Shown piece after piece: positions 9,776 to 17,786 of a stretch of 64,000 nucleotides of DNA; within the stretch, counting starts at the first letter, position 1, and every line of letters begins with the position of its first letter. A program made the translations under genes and the position numbers. The notes beneath the pieces were generated by a model. It had not been told where the DNA came from and did not search any database. It saw only the letters and a list, made by a program, of their open reading frames with translations. This stretch comes from an uncultured Gammaproteobacteria bacterium (GTDB lineage: Bacteria > Patescibacteriota > Patescibacteriia > UBA9934): positions 18,365 through 82,364 of the forward strand of contig CAYNYL010000003.1 of the NCBI GenBank assembly GCA_964401485.1. The letters are read 5' to 3'.

Positions 9776-10399
9776 ATGACCCAGATCATGACCCCATCGA
9801 AGACCACGACCGACGGCCAGATCATCAAGGCCACCGCGAACTTCCGAGCCATGCTCGAGAAGCATGCGGGGGAGTTCTCCGCCGATGCCGTGCAAACGGT
9901 GCTCGGCGATCCGGGACTTGCTGGCGAGATGCTCGCGGTGCTTCGTAGACGTGTCGAGGCCATCTCGAACATCATCGTTCGCAAGGTCACGGTGAATCGC
10001 ACCCGCTCCGCGCAGGATGCCCTCAAGGCCACGGGTCGTGTCATGTACACAGACTCCGCAGTCGTGGAAGCGGTGCCGAGCGGCGAGGGCGAGGAGGCGG
10101 AGATCTGCCTCTTCAAGCTCGACCTGTCGAAGCGCGGCGGATGGATCTCGGATGACGATCTCGAGAAAGAGTTCGATCTCCGAGGCCTGAAGCCCGTCGA
10201 CCCGTTCGCGCTCGCTGCGCTGAACGAGGCCGATCCGGCCTTCGCTGACGAGAAGCCGAACGCGACCCACTGGAAGGATGTGCAGGGCGACTGGTGCTAT
10301 GCGGTCTTCTACGGGTGGTTCGGCGAGCGCCGGGTTTCTGTCAACCGTCACGACTACGATTGGTACGGCAGCTGCTGGTTCGCCGGCGTCCGCAAGTAG
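9776..10399 (+). CDS. DGR variable (target) protein with C-terminal VR, likely CLec-type fold
   Basis: 207-aa ORF, markedly GC-rich and GC3-biased. Its last ~35 codons (DWCYAVFYGWFGERRVSVNRHDYDWYGSCWFAGVRK) form the VR that pairs with the downstream AAC-rich TR. Confidence 0.8.
   Translation: MTQIMTPSKTTTDGQIIKATANFRAMLEKHAGEFSADAVQTVLGDPGLAGEMLAVLRRRVEAISNIIVRKVTVNRTRSAQDALKATGRVMYTDSAVVEAVPSGEGEEAEICLFKLDLSKRGGWISDDDLEKEFDLRGLKPVDPFALAALNEADPAFADEKPNATHWKDVQGDWCYAVFYGWFGERRVSVNRHDYDWYGSCWFAGVRK
10290..10395 (+). repeat. DGR variable repeat (VR) at the 3' end of the target gene, ending in a GC-rich IMH-like segment
   Basis: About 105 bp aligned to TR at 10724..10828. 18 mismatches, 17 of them where TR has A. 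The last ~20 bp (ggttcgccggcgtccgcaa) are identical. Confidence 0.85.
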
Positions 10400-10449
10400 C
10401 CCTTCGCTCTCGAGTTCTAGGGGCTTTTGTCCCTTTGGACTTAGCTCTT

Positions 10450-10489
10450 GGCCCCGTTCCGATTCCTCGGGACGGGGCCTGTGTTTTTC
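10450..10489 (+). terminator. Hairpin downstream of VR (GGCCCCGT...ACGGGGCC plus T-run): target-gene terminator and/or DGR homing-associated stem-loop
   Basis: 8-bp perfect GC-rich stem followed by tgtgtttttc, about 50 nt after the stop. Confidence 0.55.
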
Positions 10490-10723
10490 AAATTAAGTTA
10501 TAATAACTTTGGTAGTAGGTGAGTAGGCGAACGGTCAAGGCTTTTCGCTACCGAATCCAGTATCCATGCGTTTCGAGTATTCGCGGCTATGGTTTCGAAT
10601 AGAGTGTCGCATGCAGACTCTTCAAAAATGAAGCTACTTGGTACGGGATTTTATGGTATTGTGATGCCGAATGCGATTCAGCTTCGAGAAATTCTAGGGG
10701 CGGTGGCACAGAAGGAATCCTGT

Positions 10724-10828
10724 ACAAATGCTATGCGATCTTCAACAGGTGGAACGGCGAGCGCCAGGTCAATGTCAACCGTAACGACAACGATTGGAAC
10801 GACAACTACTGGTTCGCCGGCGTCCGCA
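10724..10828 (+). repeat. DGR template repeat (TR)
   Basis: Invariant copy of VR. In the VR frame it encodes KCYAIFNRWNGERQVNVNRNDNDWNDNYWFAGVR. It is very rich in AAC (Asn) codons, the DGR hallmark. Confidence 0.85.
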
Positions 10829-10835
10829 ACTCGCT

Positions 10836-11237
10836 TCATTTCTCTCCGGCGTTTGTCGGAGAGTTTTGTTTGGTGAGTTGGCCGTTCCAACCGCCCAGCA
10901 TTTTGCCGACCTCATCTAGTTTGATCGAAAGAGCGATATATTTCTTATTGTCGAGCGACTTTGTCTCCCAGAGAATTAAAATCAGGACGCGTAGAGTGTC
11001 CATCTTTTTAATAGCGAGGCGCACATAAGGGTGCTTTTCGATAGGTGAGAGAAAACTGGCGGCAGATAGCGCTTCTATCGTCTCAATGAATAAAATGTCG
11101 ACCCGCTGACCGAGCGAGTGTCGGTGAGTCTTTGGGAGTTCGCGGTGATAGTTGTGCCAAATGATGTAGGACTCCTTGGTTTTACTTAGGACTGGCAAAA
11201 TTTTGTAAGGGGGGGGTACTATAGGGGTACGATTCAT
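10836..11237 (-). CDS. avd: Accessory variability determinant (Avd)-like four-helix-bundle protein
   Basis: 133 aa. YHRELPKTHRHSLGQRVDILFIETIEALSAASF matches the 4HB/Avd pattern. C-terminal LDEVGKMLGGW resembles the Bordetella phage Avd EVGRILGSW. Lies between TR and RT but on the opposite strand. Confidence 0.7.
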   Translation of the reverse strand: MNRTPIVPPPYKILPVLSKTKESYIIWHNYHRELPKTHRHSLGQRVDILFIETIEALSAASFLSPIEKHPYVRLAIKKMDTLRVLILILWETKSLDNKKYIALSIKLDEVGKMLGGWNGQLTKQNSPTNAGEK

Positions 11238-12224
11238 ATGCGTTTTGATTGTCCTTATGATGATATCATTTTAGTCGAAAATCTTCTTGAGGCATGGAAA
11301 GAATTTGTTCGGGGAAAGCGGTCGCGAGAGGATATCTTGCGGTTCGAGCGGGACCTCATGGGAAATATTCTTTTGCTTCACGATGAACTTAAAGCGAAGA
11401 CTTACACCCACTCCCCGTATCACCACTTTAAAATCACGGATCCAAAATTAAGGGATATTCACAAGGCTTCTGTTCGGGATCGGCTTTTACATCACGCGAT
11501 TCACCGTAAGTTGTCTCCCTTTTTTGAGAAACGATTTATTTCGGATTCGTATTCTTGCCAGAATGACAAAGGAACGCATCGTGCTTTACGGCGATTTAGA
11601 AAATTTGTAAACAAATGCTCTAAAAACTCAACGAAGACGGTTTGGGTTTTAAAATGCGATATTCGGAAGTTTTTTGCGAGCATCGATCAAAGGAGACTGC
11701 TGACGATCTTGGAAAGGACGATTGAAGATAAGGAATTACTTTGGCTGATTGCTCGGGTTGTTCGAAGTTTTTATGTTACGACCCCGGGTATCGGACTACC
11801 GCTCGGCAACCTCACCTCGCAACTATTTGTGAATGTGTATATGAACGAATTTGACCGGTTTGTAAAACATCATCTAAAGGCTCGCTACTATATTCGCTAT
11901 GCGGATGATTTCGTTGTGCTTGATACCGATCGTTTTAAATTGATCGAGACGCTGTTGAAAATGAACACATTTCTTAATGAAGAGTTGGAACTGTCACTTC
12001 ATCCGAATAAGACGTTTATCCAAACCGTCGCGTCAGGTGTGGATTTTCTTGGGTGGGTACATTTTTCTGATCATCGCGTCGTTCGTGGCACAACAAAACG
12101 GAGAATGCTTTCTAAGCTTCGGGATGGTGTGAAAAATGAAACACTACAGTCGTATCTTGGACATTTACGGCATGGAAATAGTCGGAAATTACTCGCGATA
12201 CTTCAAGATCGATTTATTTCTTGA
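11238..12224 (+). CDS. DGR reverse transcriptase
   Basis: YADDFVV catalytic motif. GLPLGNLTSQLFVNVYM is the DGR-specific IGxxxSQ-type motif. FKITDPKLRDIHKASVRDRLLHHAIHRKL, SYSCQNDKGTHRA and CDIRKFFASI align with bRT-like RT motifs 1 to 3. Confidence 0.9.
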   Translation: MRFDCPYDDIILVENLLEAWKEFVRGKRSREDILRFERDLMGNILLLHDELKAKTYTHSPYHHFKITDPKLRDIHKASVRDRLLHHAIHRKLSPFFEKRFISDSYSCQNDKGTHRALRRFRKFVNKCSKNSTKTVWVLKCDIRKFFASIDQRRLLTILERTIEDKELLWLIARVVRSFYVTTPGIGLPLGNLTSQLFVNVYMNEFDRFVKHHLKARYYIRYADDFVVLDTDRFKLIETLLKMNTFLNEELELSLHPNKTFIQTVASGVDFLGWVHFSDHRVVRGTTKRRMLSKLRDGVKNETLQSYLGHLRHGNSRKLLAILQDRFIS

Positions 12225-12867
12225 GAAATGGCCAGTCGGGTTTTGCTTCGAGGGTGATCCGTTCGTCGCCGACGACGGTGGTAAAGGAAAGTTTGTGGGC
12301 GAAGAGGGCGATTTGGCGACCGATGTCTTTGTTCGCGCCGTATTTTTTGTCGCCGACGATTGGGGTTTTGAGGGACTTCATTGCTACGCGGATTTGGTGT
12401 GAGCGTCCCGTAATCGGTTTCACTTCGACAAGCGAAATGCCGTCCTTTGTAGAGAGGGTTTTGTAGGTCAGCTCCGCGTACTTCGATCCCGGGACTTCCG
12501 TATTGTGGTAGGTTGCGAGATTTGTTCGCTTATTCTTTGAGAGCCAGTGTTTTACCGAGCCTTCTTTCGGTTCGGGAGTGCCCTCGACGGCCGCGAGATA
12601 GATTTTCTCAACGGTCCTTAGGCGGAACTGTTCGGAAAGACGCGTCGCGCCTTTTGATGTTTTTGCGAAAAGAACAATACCGCCGACCGGTCGGTCTAGG
12701 CGATGAACGAGGCCAAGGAATACCGCGCCCGGCTTTTGGTACTTCTCTTTAAGATAGTCTTTGACCATGTCCATTAAGGACGGATCGCCGGTTTTATCGC
12801 CCTGGACCGGAATCCCTGCCGGCTTTACGACGGCGATGGCATGGTTATCCTCGAAAAGAATGATCAT
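12214..12867 (-). CDS. RluA-family pseudouridine synthase
   Basis: VHRLDRPVGGIVLFAKTSKGA contains the HRLD...T motif of the RluA family. The 3' end overlaps the RT stop convergently. Confidence 0.8.
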   Translation of the reverse strand: MIILFEDNHAIAVVKPAGIPVQGDKTGDPSLMDMVKDYLKEKYQKPGAVFLGLVHRLDRPVGGIVLFAKTSKGATRLSEQFRLRTVEKIYLAAVEGTPEPKEGSVKHWLSKNKRTNLATYHNTEVPGSKYAELTYKTLSTKDGISLVEVKPITGRSHQIRVAMKSLKTPIVGDKKYGANKDIGRQIALFAHKLSFTTVVGDERITLEAKPDWPFLKK

Positions 12868-13700
12868 AGTACAAGACGGATCGTAATCCCTCCCGGAACG
12901 ACAAAGGCGCGGTCGGTTTCTTCCGTGAGGTGGAGCTCAACCGACTCGATACTTTCGACTTTGCCGAAGACGTCGCGCGCGGTTTGCTCGACAACCGTTT
13001 GTGAAAATCCCATCGAATAGGCGTTGATAAGGACGCGCGAGCCCTTTTTCGTAACCCTCTTGACAGCGACAAGGAGCGCGCGGAAATGATCCTCAAACTG
13101 CCAGACCTCTTTATTTGGCCCACGACCAAAGGCCGGTGGGTCCATCACAACGACGTCGTACAGGTTGCCACGGCGACCTTCACGTTCAATGAATTTCATC
13201 GCGTCGTCCTCAATCCAGCGCACGGGTTTCTCGATAAGCCCGGAGAGCTCGGCGTTTTTCTTCGCGCCAAGGATTGCCGGCTTACTCGCGTCAACGTGAA
13301 CGACTTCCGCTCCCGCTGAAAGTCCCGCGAGCGTCGCTCCTCCCGTGTAGCCGAAGAGATTGAGCATTTTCATTCCCGGGCGAACGTGATCTTTAAGATA
13401 GCGCCAGTTGTGTGACTGCTCCGGGAAGATGCCAACATGCTTAAACGAGTAAAGCTTGAGGCCAAAAACGAGGTCGTCAAACGCCACACGCCAATCCTCG
13501 CCCGGTTTTTTCGCCGTCTTCCAATCGCCGTCTTCACCCTTTTGCACAAACTCAATATCGGCCGATTTCCAAGCATTTGGGTCATTTTTCGCCCAAAGAG
13601 CTTGCGGTTCGGGCCTCGCGACAATGAACCGACCGAAGCGCTCGAGTTTGTAGCGGTCGCCGGAGTCAAGAAGGGCGTAAGAGTTCGACATATGGTTCAA
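12864..13700 (-). CDS. Class I SAM-dependent rRNA methyltransferase, RlmI/RlmK-like methyltransferase domain without PUA
   Basis: LNLFGYTGGATLAGLSAGAEVVHVDASK (SAM-binding fold) and DVVVMDPPAF (the DPP motif) resemble the RlmI C-terminal domain. Confidence 0.7.
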   Translation of the reverse strand: MNHMSNSYALLDSGDRYKLERFGRFIVARPEPQALWAKNDPNAWKSADIEFVQKGEDGDWKTAKKPGEDWRVAFDDLVFGLKLYSFKHVGIFPEQSHNWRYLKDHVRPGMKMLNLFGYTGGATLAGLSAGAEVVHVDASKPAILGAKKNAELSGLIEKPVRWIEDDAMKFIEREGRRGNLYDVVVMDPPAFGRGPNKEVWQFEDHFRALLVAVKRVTKKGSRVLINAYSMGFSQTVVEQTARDVFGKVESIESVELHLTEETDRAFVVPGGITIRLVL

Positions 13701-13713
13701 ATCATAGCGAACA

Positions 13714-13742
13714 TTGACGAAAATGCCAAAAAATGCTAGTAT
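13714..13742 (+). promoter_or_regulatory. Promoter for the DEAD-box helicase gene (TTGACG-17-TAGTAT, extended -10 TGC)
   Basis: caTTGACGaaaatgccaaaaaatgcTAGTATtt. Confidence 0.5.
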
Positions 13743-13810
13743 TTAGCCATTGACTCGACCTTGGTTGCATTAGCGACATGAAAGAAGGATCGTGTCGCTA
13801 AAATTCAATT

Positions 13811-15133
13811 ATGCATCCACAAGATGAACAAAAGCCAAGCTTTTCTACGCTTGGATTGTCCCCGAAATTGCTCGAGAAACTAACGAAGCTTGGATTTACT
13901 ACCCCTACGCCGATTCAGGCGAAGGCGATTCCTGTCGCTCTAGAAGGGAAGGATATCATTGGTATCGCGCAAACCGGAACGGGAAAAACGTTCGCGTTTT
14001 CGCTTCCGATGATGCAGGCGATTGCCCGCGAGAAGAAGATTGGACTTGTCCTTCTTCCGACCCGCGAGCTCGCGCTTCAAGTTGAAGAAGAGATTATGAA
14101 AGTTGGTGGAAGCCTCGGCGTAAAGACTGCGGTCTTGATCGGAGGAGCGTCGATGTACCTCCAAACGCAAAAACTCCGTGCGCGACCACATATTATTATC
14201 GCAACCCCTGGACGTTTGATCGACCATCTCGAGCAGAAAAATGTTTCGCTTGCGGGACTTGGAGTTCTTGTTCTCGACGAAGCGGACCGCATGCTTGATA
14301 TGGGATTCGCTCCGCAAATTAACCGTATTCTTGAAAACGCTCCAACGGAGCGACAAACACTTCTTTTCTCGGCGACGATGCCACCGGAAATTTTGACGAT
14401 GACAAAGAAGTACATGAAGTCGCCGGAGCGTGTCGAGATCGAGCGTGCGGGAACGGCGGGATCAACGATTACGCAATCTGGATATGCCGTTGAAAAGCAA
14501 GATAAGGCGAAGCTTCTTCATCATGTTTTGAAGACAACCGAAGGAACGACGCTCGTGTTCACACGAACAAAGCACGGTGCGCGAAAGCTTAGCGACGTGC
14601 TTAACCAAATTGGTCACCGCAGTGCGGAGATCCACTCGAACCGTTCGCTTGCGCAACGTAAGGAAGCGCTTGCTGGGTTCAAGTCTGGAAAGTATCGAAC
14701 GCTTATTGCGACCGATATTGCTTCGCGCGGAATCGACGTAAACAATATCCGACTTGTCGTTAACTTCGACTTGCCGGAACATGCTGACGATTACATTCAC
14801 CGTATTGGACGAACTGGACGTGCTGGAAAGGACGGTCACGCGATTTCGTTCGTCTCTCGAGATGAGCGACGCGGACTTCGAAATATCGAGCGCTTGATGC
14901 GACGACAACTTGATATTAAGCCAACACCAAAACTCGAAGATCTTCCGTCCTACCGAAAGCCGGAACACCAAGAGCACGGATTTCAAACGGGTGGTCACCG
15001 AGGGCAGCCTCGAGGACGCGAGTCACGTAGCGGTCGGCCGGAAGGCTACCGTGCGGATCGCGGACCACGCGGATTCGGAACGCGCGCGCGACGCCCTGCG
15101 TCCCGCTCACGCTCCGCTCACCGTTCAGCCTAA
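13811..15133 (+). CDS. DEAD-box ATP-dependent RNA helicase with Arg-rich C-terminal tail
   Basis: Q-motif region TPTPIQ, motif I AQTGTGKT, DEAD box VLDEADRM, SAT, and motif VI HRIGRTGRAG. Confidence 0.9.
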   Translation: MHPQDEQKPSFSTLGLSPKLLEKLTKLGFTTPTPIQAKAIPVALEGKDIIGIAQTGTGKTFAFSLPMMQAIAREKKIGLVLLPTRELALQVEEEIMKVGGSLGVKTAVLIGGASMYLQTQKLRARPHIIIATPGRLIDHLEQKNVSLAGLGVLVLDEADRMLDMGFAPQINRILENAPTERQTLLFSATMPPEILTMTKKYMKSPERVEIERAGTAGSTITQSGYAVEKQDKAKLLHHVLKTTEGTTLVFTRTKHGARKLSDVLNQIGHRSAEIHSNRSLAQRKEALAGFKSGKYRTLIATDIASRGIDVNNIRLVVNFDLPEHADDYIHRIGRTGRAGKDGHAISFVSRDERRGLRNIERLMRRQLDIKPTPKLEDLPSYRKPEHQEHGFQTGGHRGQPRGRESRSGRPEGYRADRGPRGFGTRARRPASRSRSAHRSA

Positions 15134-15151
15134 ATATAACAAGAGGCGCCC

Positions 15152-15185
15152 TTTGCGGGCGTCTTTTGTGTTTTGGCGGGGTGAG
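15152..15185 (+). terminator. Putative intrinsic terminator after the helicase gene
   Basis: GCGCCC-tttgc-GGGCGT hairpin followed by CTTTTGTGTTTTGG. Confidence 0.45.
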
Positions 15186-15322
15186 GGTCTCCCGGGTGAA
15201 GGAGGGGATGTGGTCACAGATGTTGTAAAAACATGCAAATTTCCCAACAAAACAGGGCATATTTTTAAGATCTGTGACCGCATGGTCGGTTTGAACAGGA
15301 GGGATATACCAGGGATCTGTAT

Positions 15323-15351
15323 TTGACGGCGCGGGTAAAAAATGCTATATT
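15323..15351 (+). promoter_or_regulatory. Promoter (TTGACG-17-TATATT, extended -10 TGC) upstream of 15484
   Basis: tTTGACGgcgcgggtaaaaaatgcTATATTg. Shares aatgctatatt with the DGR target promoter. Confidence 0.5.
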
Positions 15352-15454
15352 GTAAGGTCGCACTTTGCGATAGGAGGTGAGCCATGATCCACATGACGTA
15401 GCGAGCGCATTTACCGTCAGCGCGCTCCAAACGTAAGAGCATGAGGCTCCCATG

Positions 15455-15472
15455 TTGGTGCGCATGCACCAA
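15455..15472. promoter_or_regulatory. Perfect 18-bp palindrome TTGGTGCGCATGCACCAA between the promoter and RBS, candidate operator
   Basis: Exact inverted repeat 12 nt upstream of the AGGAG RBS and the ATG at 15484. Confidence 0.4.
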
Positions 15473-15483
15473 CAGGAGACCTA

Positions 15484-15858
15484 ATGATCTACATCCATCA
15501 AGTTCAGTGTCACGCCCTCGAGGAATTCTCGGCGGGATTCGAAGCCCTTCCCAAGTCGCGGGCGTACTGGTTACGCCACGAGCTTAGGGAGAAGGTGCGC
15601 GAGGTAACTCTTGAGCGAACGGATCCGTATCCGTGCATCGAGGACTTCGTCCTTGCGTCCCTCGTTCCGGAGTGCGAAGCGTCCTGCTACGCATTCGCAA
15701 ACGGGACGGGGGTCGGTATCACCGTTCGGTACAGCGATGCGGAACTCGCGCAGATTGACGAGGCGCTTCTGTGGCGACTCCGACTTCTGCGAAAAGTACC
15801 GCTCAATCTCTGTCCGGAGTGGTGGATGGTGCGCGATACCATCCTGACGCTCACGTAA
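15484..15858 (+). CDS. Hypothetical GC-rich protein (124 aa)
   Basis: ORF with an AGGAG RBS, GC3-biased codons, and Cys pairs (CHALEE...CIEDF...CEASC). No assignable family. Confidence 0.5.
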   Translation: MIYIHQVQCHALEEFSAGFEALPKSRAYWLRHELREKVREVTLERTDPYPCIEDFVLASLVPECEASCYAFANGTGVGITVRYSDAELAQIDEALLWRLRLLRKVPLNLCPEWWMVRDTILTLT

Positions 15859-15907
15859 ACCTCGCCCCACCGACGAACATCCCATCGATGTGTCGGTGGG
15901 GTGTTTG

Positions 15908-16816
15908 TTATTCGGGCTTTACGATTTTGGCGATGAAAAATCCTTCGGATTGTTCTGACGGGAGGACGGTAATTGTTTGATTGGCGGTCTTGCGGGCGTT
16001 TGCGATTTGGGGGTCGATCGGTGACGACTTGAGTTCGGGAAATTCTGATAATAGCCAGGAGATCATTTCTTCATTTTCCTCGGGGGCAAGGGTGCAAGTC
16101 GAATAGACGAGGGTCCCGCCTGGTTTAAGTACCTGGACGGCGCCACGTAATAGACGCCGTTGAAGTTTCGCATGTGTTGCGATATTTTTTTCATTCCAGA
16201 ATTTGTAGGACCGAGGATCATGCAAATTAATCCGGCCTTCGGCGGAACAGGGAACATCCGCAAGGATTTTATCGAAGCGGAGGTCGGTGTGTTTCGTCCA
16301 AAGAGTTGCATCGGTGTGAATCGCGGTGACGCTTGTGGCGCGTTGTACCTTTAAGCTATTTTCAAGGCGCTCGAAACGAATCACGTTTTCCTCGAGCGCA
16401 GCGATATGCGCTTGGTTCCCGGTGAGACTCGCGATCTGCGTCGTCTTACTTCCAGGTGCTGCGCAAAGATCAAGAATCGTCTCGCCTGGCTTTGGATCAA
16501 GAATAAGGGGCGGGATCATTGAAGAAAGGCCCTGGAGATAGATCGCTCCGGATTTTGCGAGAGGATGCGCGAGGAGTTCTTGGCTCGTTCGATTTTTAAT
16601 ACGAAACGCATGTGGAATATCCTTTACGCGCTCGAACTGGATCGCGCTTTCGCGAAGCGCACCCATAACCGCGTTGTCGTTTGATTTAAGCGTATTAACC
16701 CGAAAACTCGGCAGGCGCTCGGTATCGAATGCCCGAAGTATTTGTGTAAATATTGAAAGGCCAAACTGCCGTTTTAGGCGCTCGGCGAGAGGCTCTGGAA
16801 GGGAGGGGCGTGCCAC
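15908..16816 (-). CDS. RsmB/RsmF (NOL1/NOP2/Sun) family rRNA m5C methyltransferase, catalytic domain only
   Basis: ILDLCAAPGSKTTQIA (SAM-binding) and DVPCSAEGRI (catalytic PC and TC regions). Confidence 0.8.
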   Translation of the reverse strand: MARPSLPEPLAERLKRQFGLSIFTQILRAFDTERLPSFRVNTLKSNDNAVMGALRESAIQFERVKDIPHAFRIKNRTSQELLAHPLAKSGAIYLQGLSSMIPPLILDPKPGETILDLCAAPGSKTTQIASLTGNQAHIAALEENVIRFERLENSLKVQRATSVTAIHTDATLWTKHTDLRFDKILADVPCSAEGRINLHDPRSYKFWNEKNIATHAKLQRRLLRGAVQVLKPGGTLVYSTCTLAPEENEEMISWLLSEFPELKSSPIDPQIANARKTANQTITVLPSEQSEGFFIAKIVKPE

Positions 16817-16855
16817 ATTGATTCGTTAACGTGATTAGTATATCATAGGGCAACT

Positions 16856-17785
16856 ATGATAACGGTGGAAAACATCAAGAAAAGCTTTAAATCATTTGAA
16901 GCCCTCAAGGGCATTGACCTTCACGTTGAAAAAGGGAAGGTGATGGCGCTTCTTGGTCCAAACGGTGCGGGTAAAACGACGCTTGTACGGATCATGTCGA
17001 CGCTCCTTAAACCGGATTCAGGAGAGATCATGATTAACGGAATCGACGCGCTTAAGGATGAGACGAAGCTTCGAAAGTCGATTGGACTTACCGGTCAGTA
17101 TTCGGCCGTTGACGAAGGGCTTACGGGGTATGAAAACCTCGTCATGTTCGGACGTCTTTATCATCTTTCAAAGGCGGACGCGCATAAACGAGCGGTCGAG
17201 CTTCTCGAGGATTTTTCACTCACCGAGGCGGCGCACCGTTTCGCAAAAACCTATTCGGGAGGGATGCGACGACGCCTTGATCTTGCGGCGAGCCTTATCG
17301 TTCATCCGCCGGTCATTTTCCTTGACGAGCCGACGACGGGACTCGACCCAGCGGCACGCCAGGAGCTTTGGCAAGTGATTAAGAAACTCGTTGCGGACGG
17401 TGCGACAGTTCTTCTCACGACGCAGTATCTAGAAGAGGCGGACTATCTTGCGGACACGATTACGGTTATTAACCACGGCGAAATTATCGCGCAAGGAACG
17501 GCCGACGAACTTAAGCGACAGATGGGTGGAAGCGTTCTTGAGGTGACGATTAAGCAGGCTGACAAGGTCGTGGAGGCAAAGGCGATTCTTGAGGCGACGA
17601 TTGGAGGAGTTGCGCGCATCGAGGAAGAGCACCGTCATTTGCAGATCGATATTGAAGGCGACGCCGATCTTCTCGTTGGGGTCATTAAAGCCTTCGACGA
17701 AAAGGAGATTTCGATTTCTGACATTCAGCTTCGACGCCCGACGCTCGACGATGTGTTTATCAAGCTTACGAGTAAAAAAGCGTAA
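16856..17785 (+). CDS. ABC transporter ATP-binding protein (ABC-2/DrrA-like exporter)
   Basis: Walker A GPNGAGKTT, signature YSGGMRRRL, Walker B IFLDEPTTGLD. Confidence 0.9.
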   Translation: MITVENIKKSFKSFEALKGIDLHVEKGKVMALLGPNGAGKTTLVRIMSTLLKPDSGEIMINGIDALKDETKLRKSIGLTGQYSAVDEGLTGYENLVMFGRLYHLSKADAHKRAVELLEDFSLTEAAHRFAKTYSGGMRRRLDLAASLIVHPPVIFLDEPTTGLDPAARQELWQVIKKLVADGATVLLTTQYLEEADYLADTITVINHGEIIAQGTADELKRQMGGSVLEVTIKQADKVVEAKAILEATIGGVARIEEEHRHLQIDIEGDADLLVGVIKAFDEKEISISDIQLRRPTLDDVFIKLTSKKA

Positions 17786-17786
17786 T

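Noticed and set aside
10278-10876. ORFs 10278..10496, 10294..10503 and 10589..10876 overlapping the VR and TR
   Set aside because: These are alternative frames across the repeat. The TR is a non-coding template, and its in-frame translation simply mirrors the VR.
11201-11237. G-tract element GGGGGGGGTACTATAGGGGTAC upstream of the RT start, resembling the csoR operator (TACCCCTAGGGGGG)
   Set aside because: The two share only TACCCCTA and the GTAC pieces, and there is no clear dyad symmetry. I could not support a CsoR site here and list it only as a curiosity.
14462-14998. 178-aa minus-strand ORF inside the DEAD-box helicase gene
   Set aside because: It is antisense to a gene with the full set of helicase motifs.
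17589-17786. Upstream extensions of track ORFs (17589, 21607, 38124, 39205, 44309, 50922, 56344, 49847, 32715)
   Set aside because: The extensions overlap the preceding gene or its promoter. Conserved N-termini and the recurring TAATATG junctions support the downstream ATG starts.
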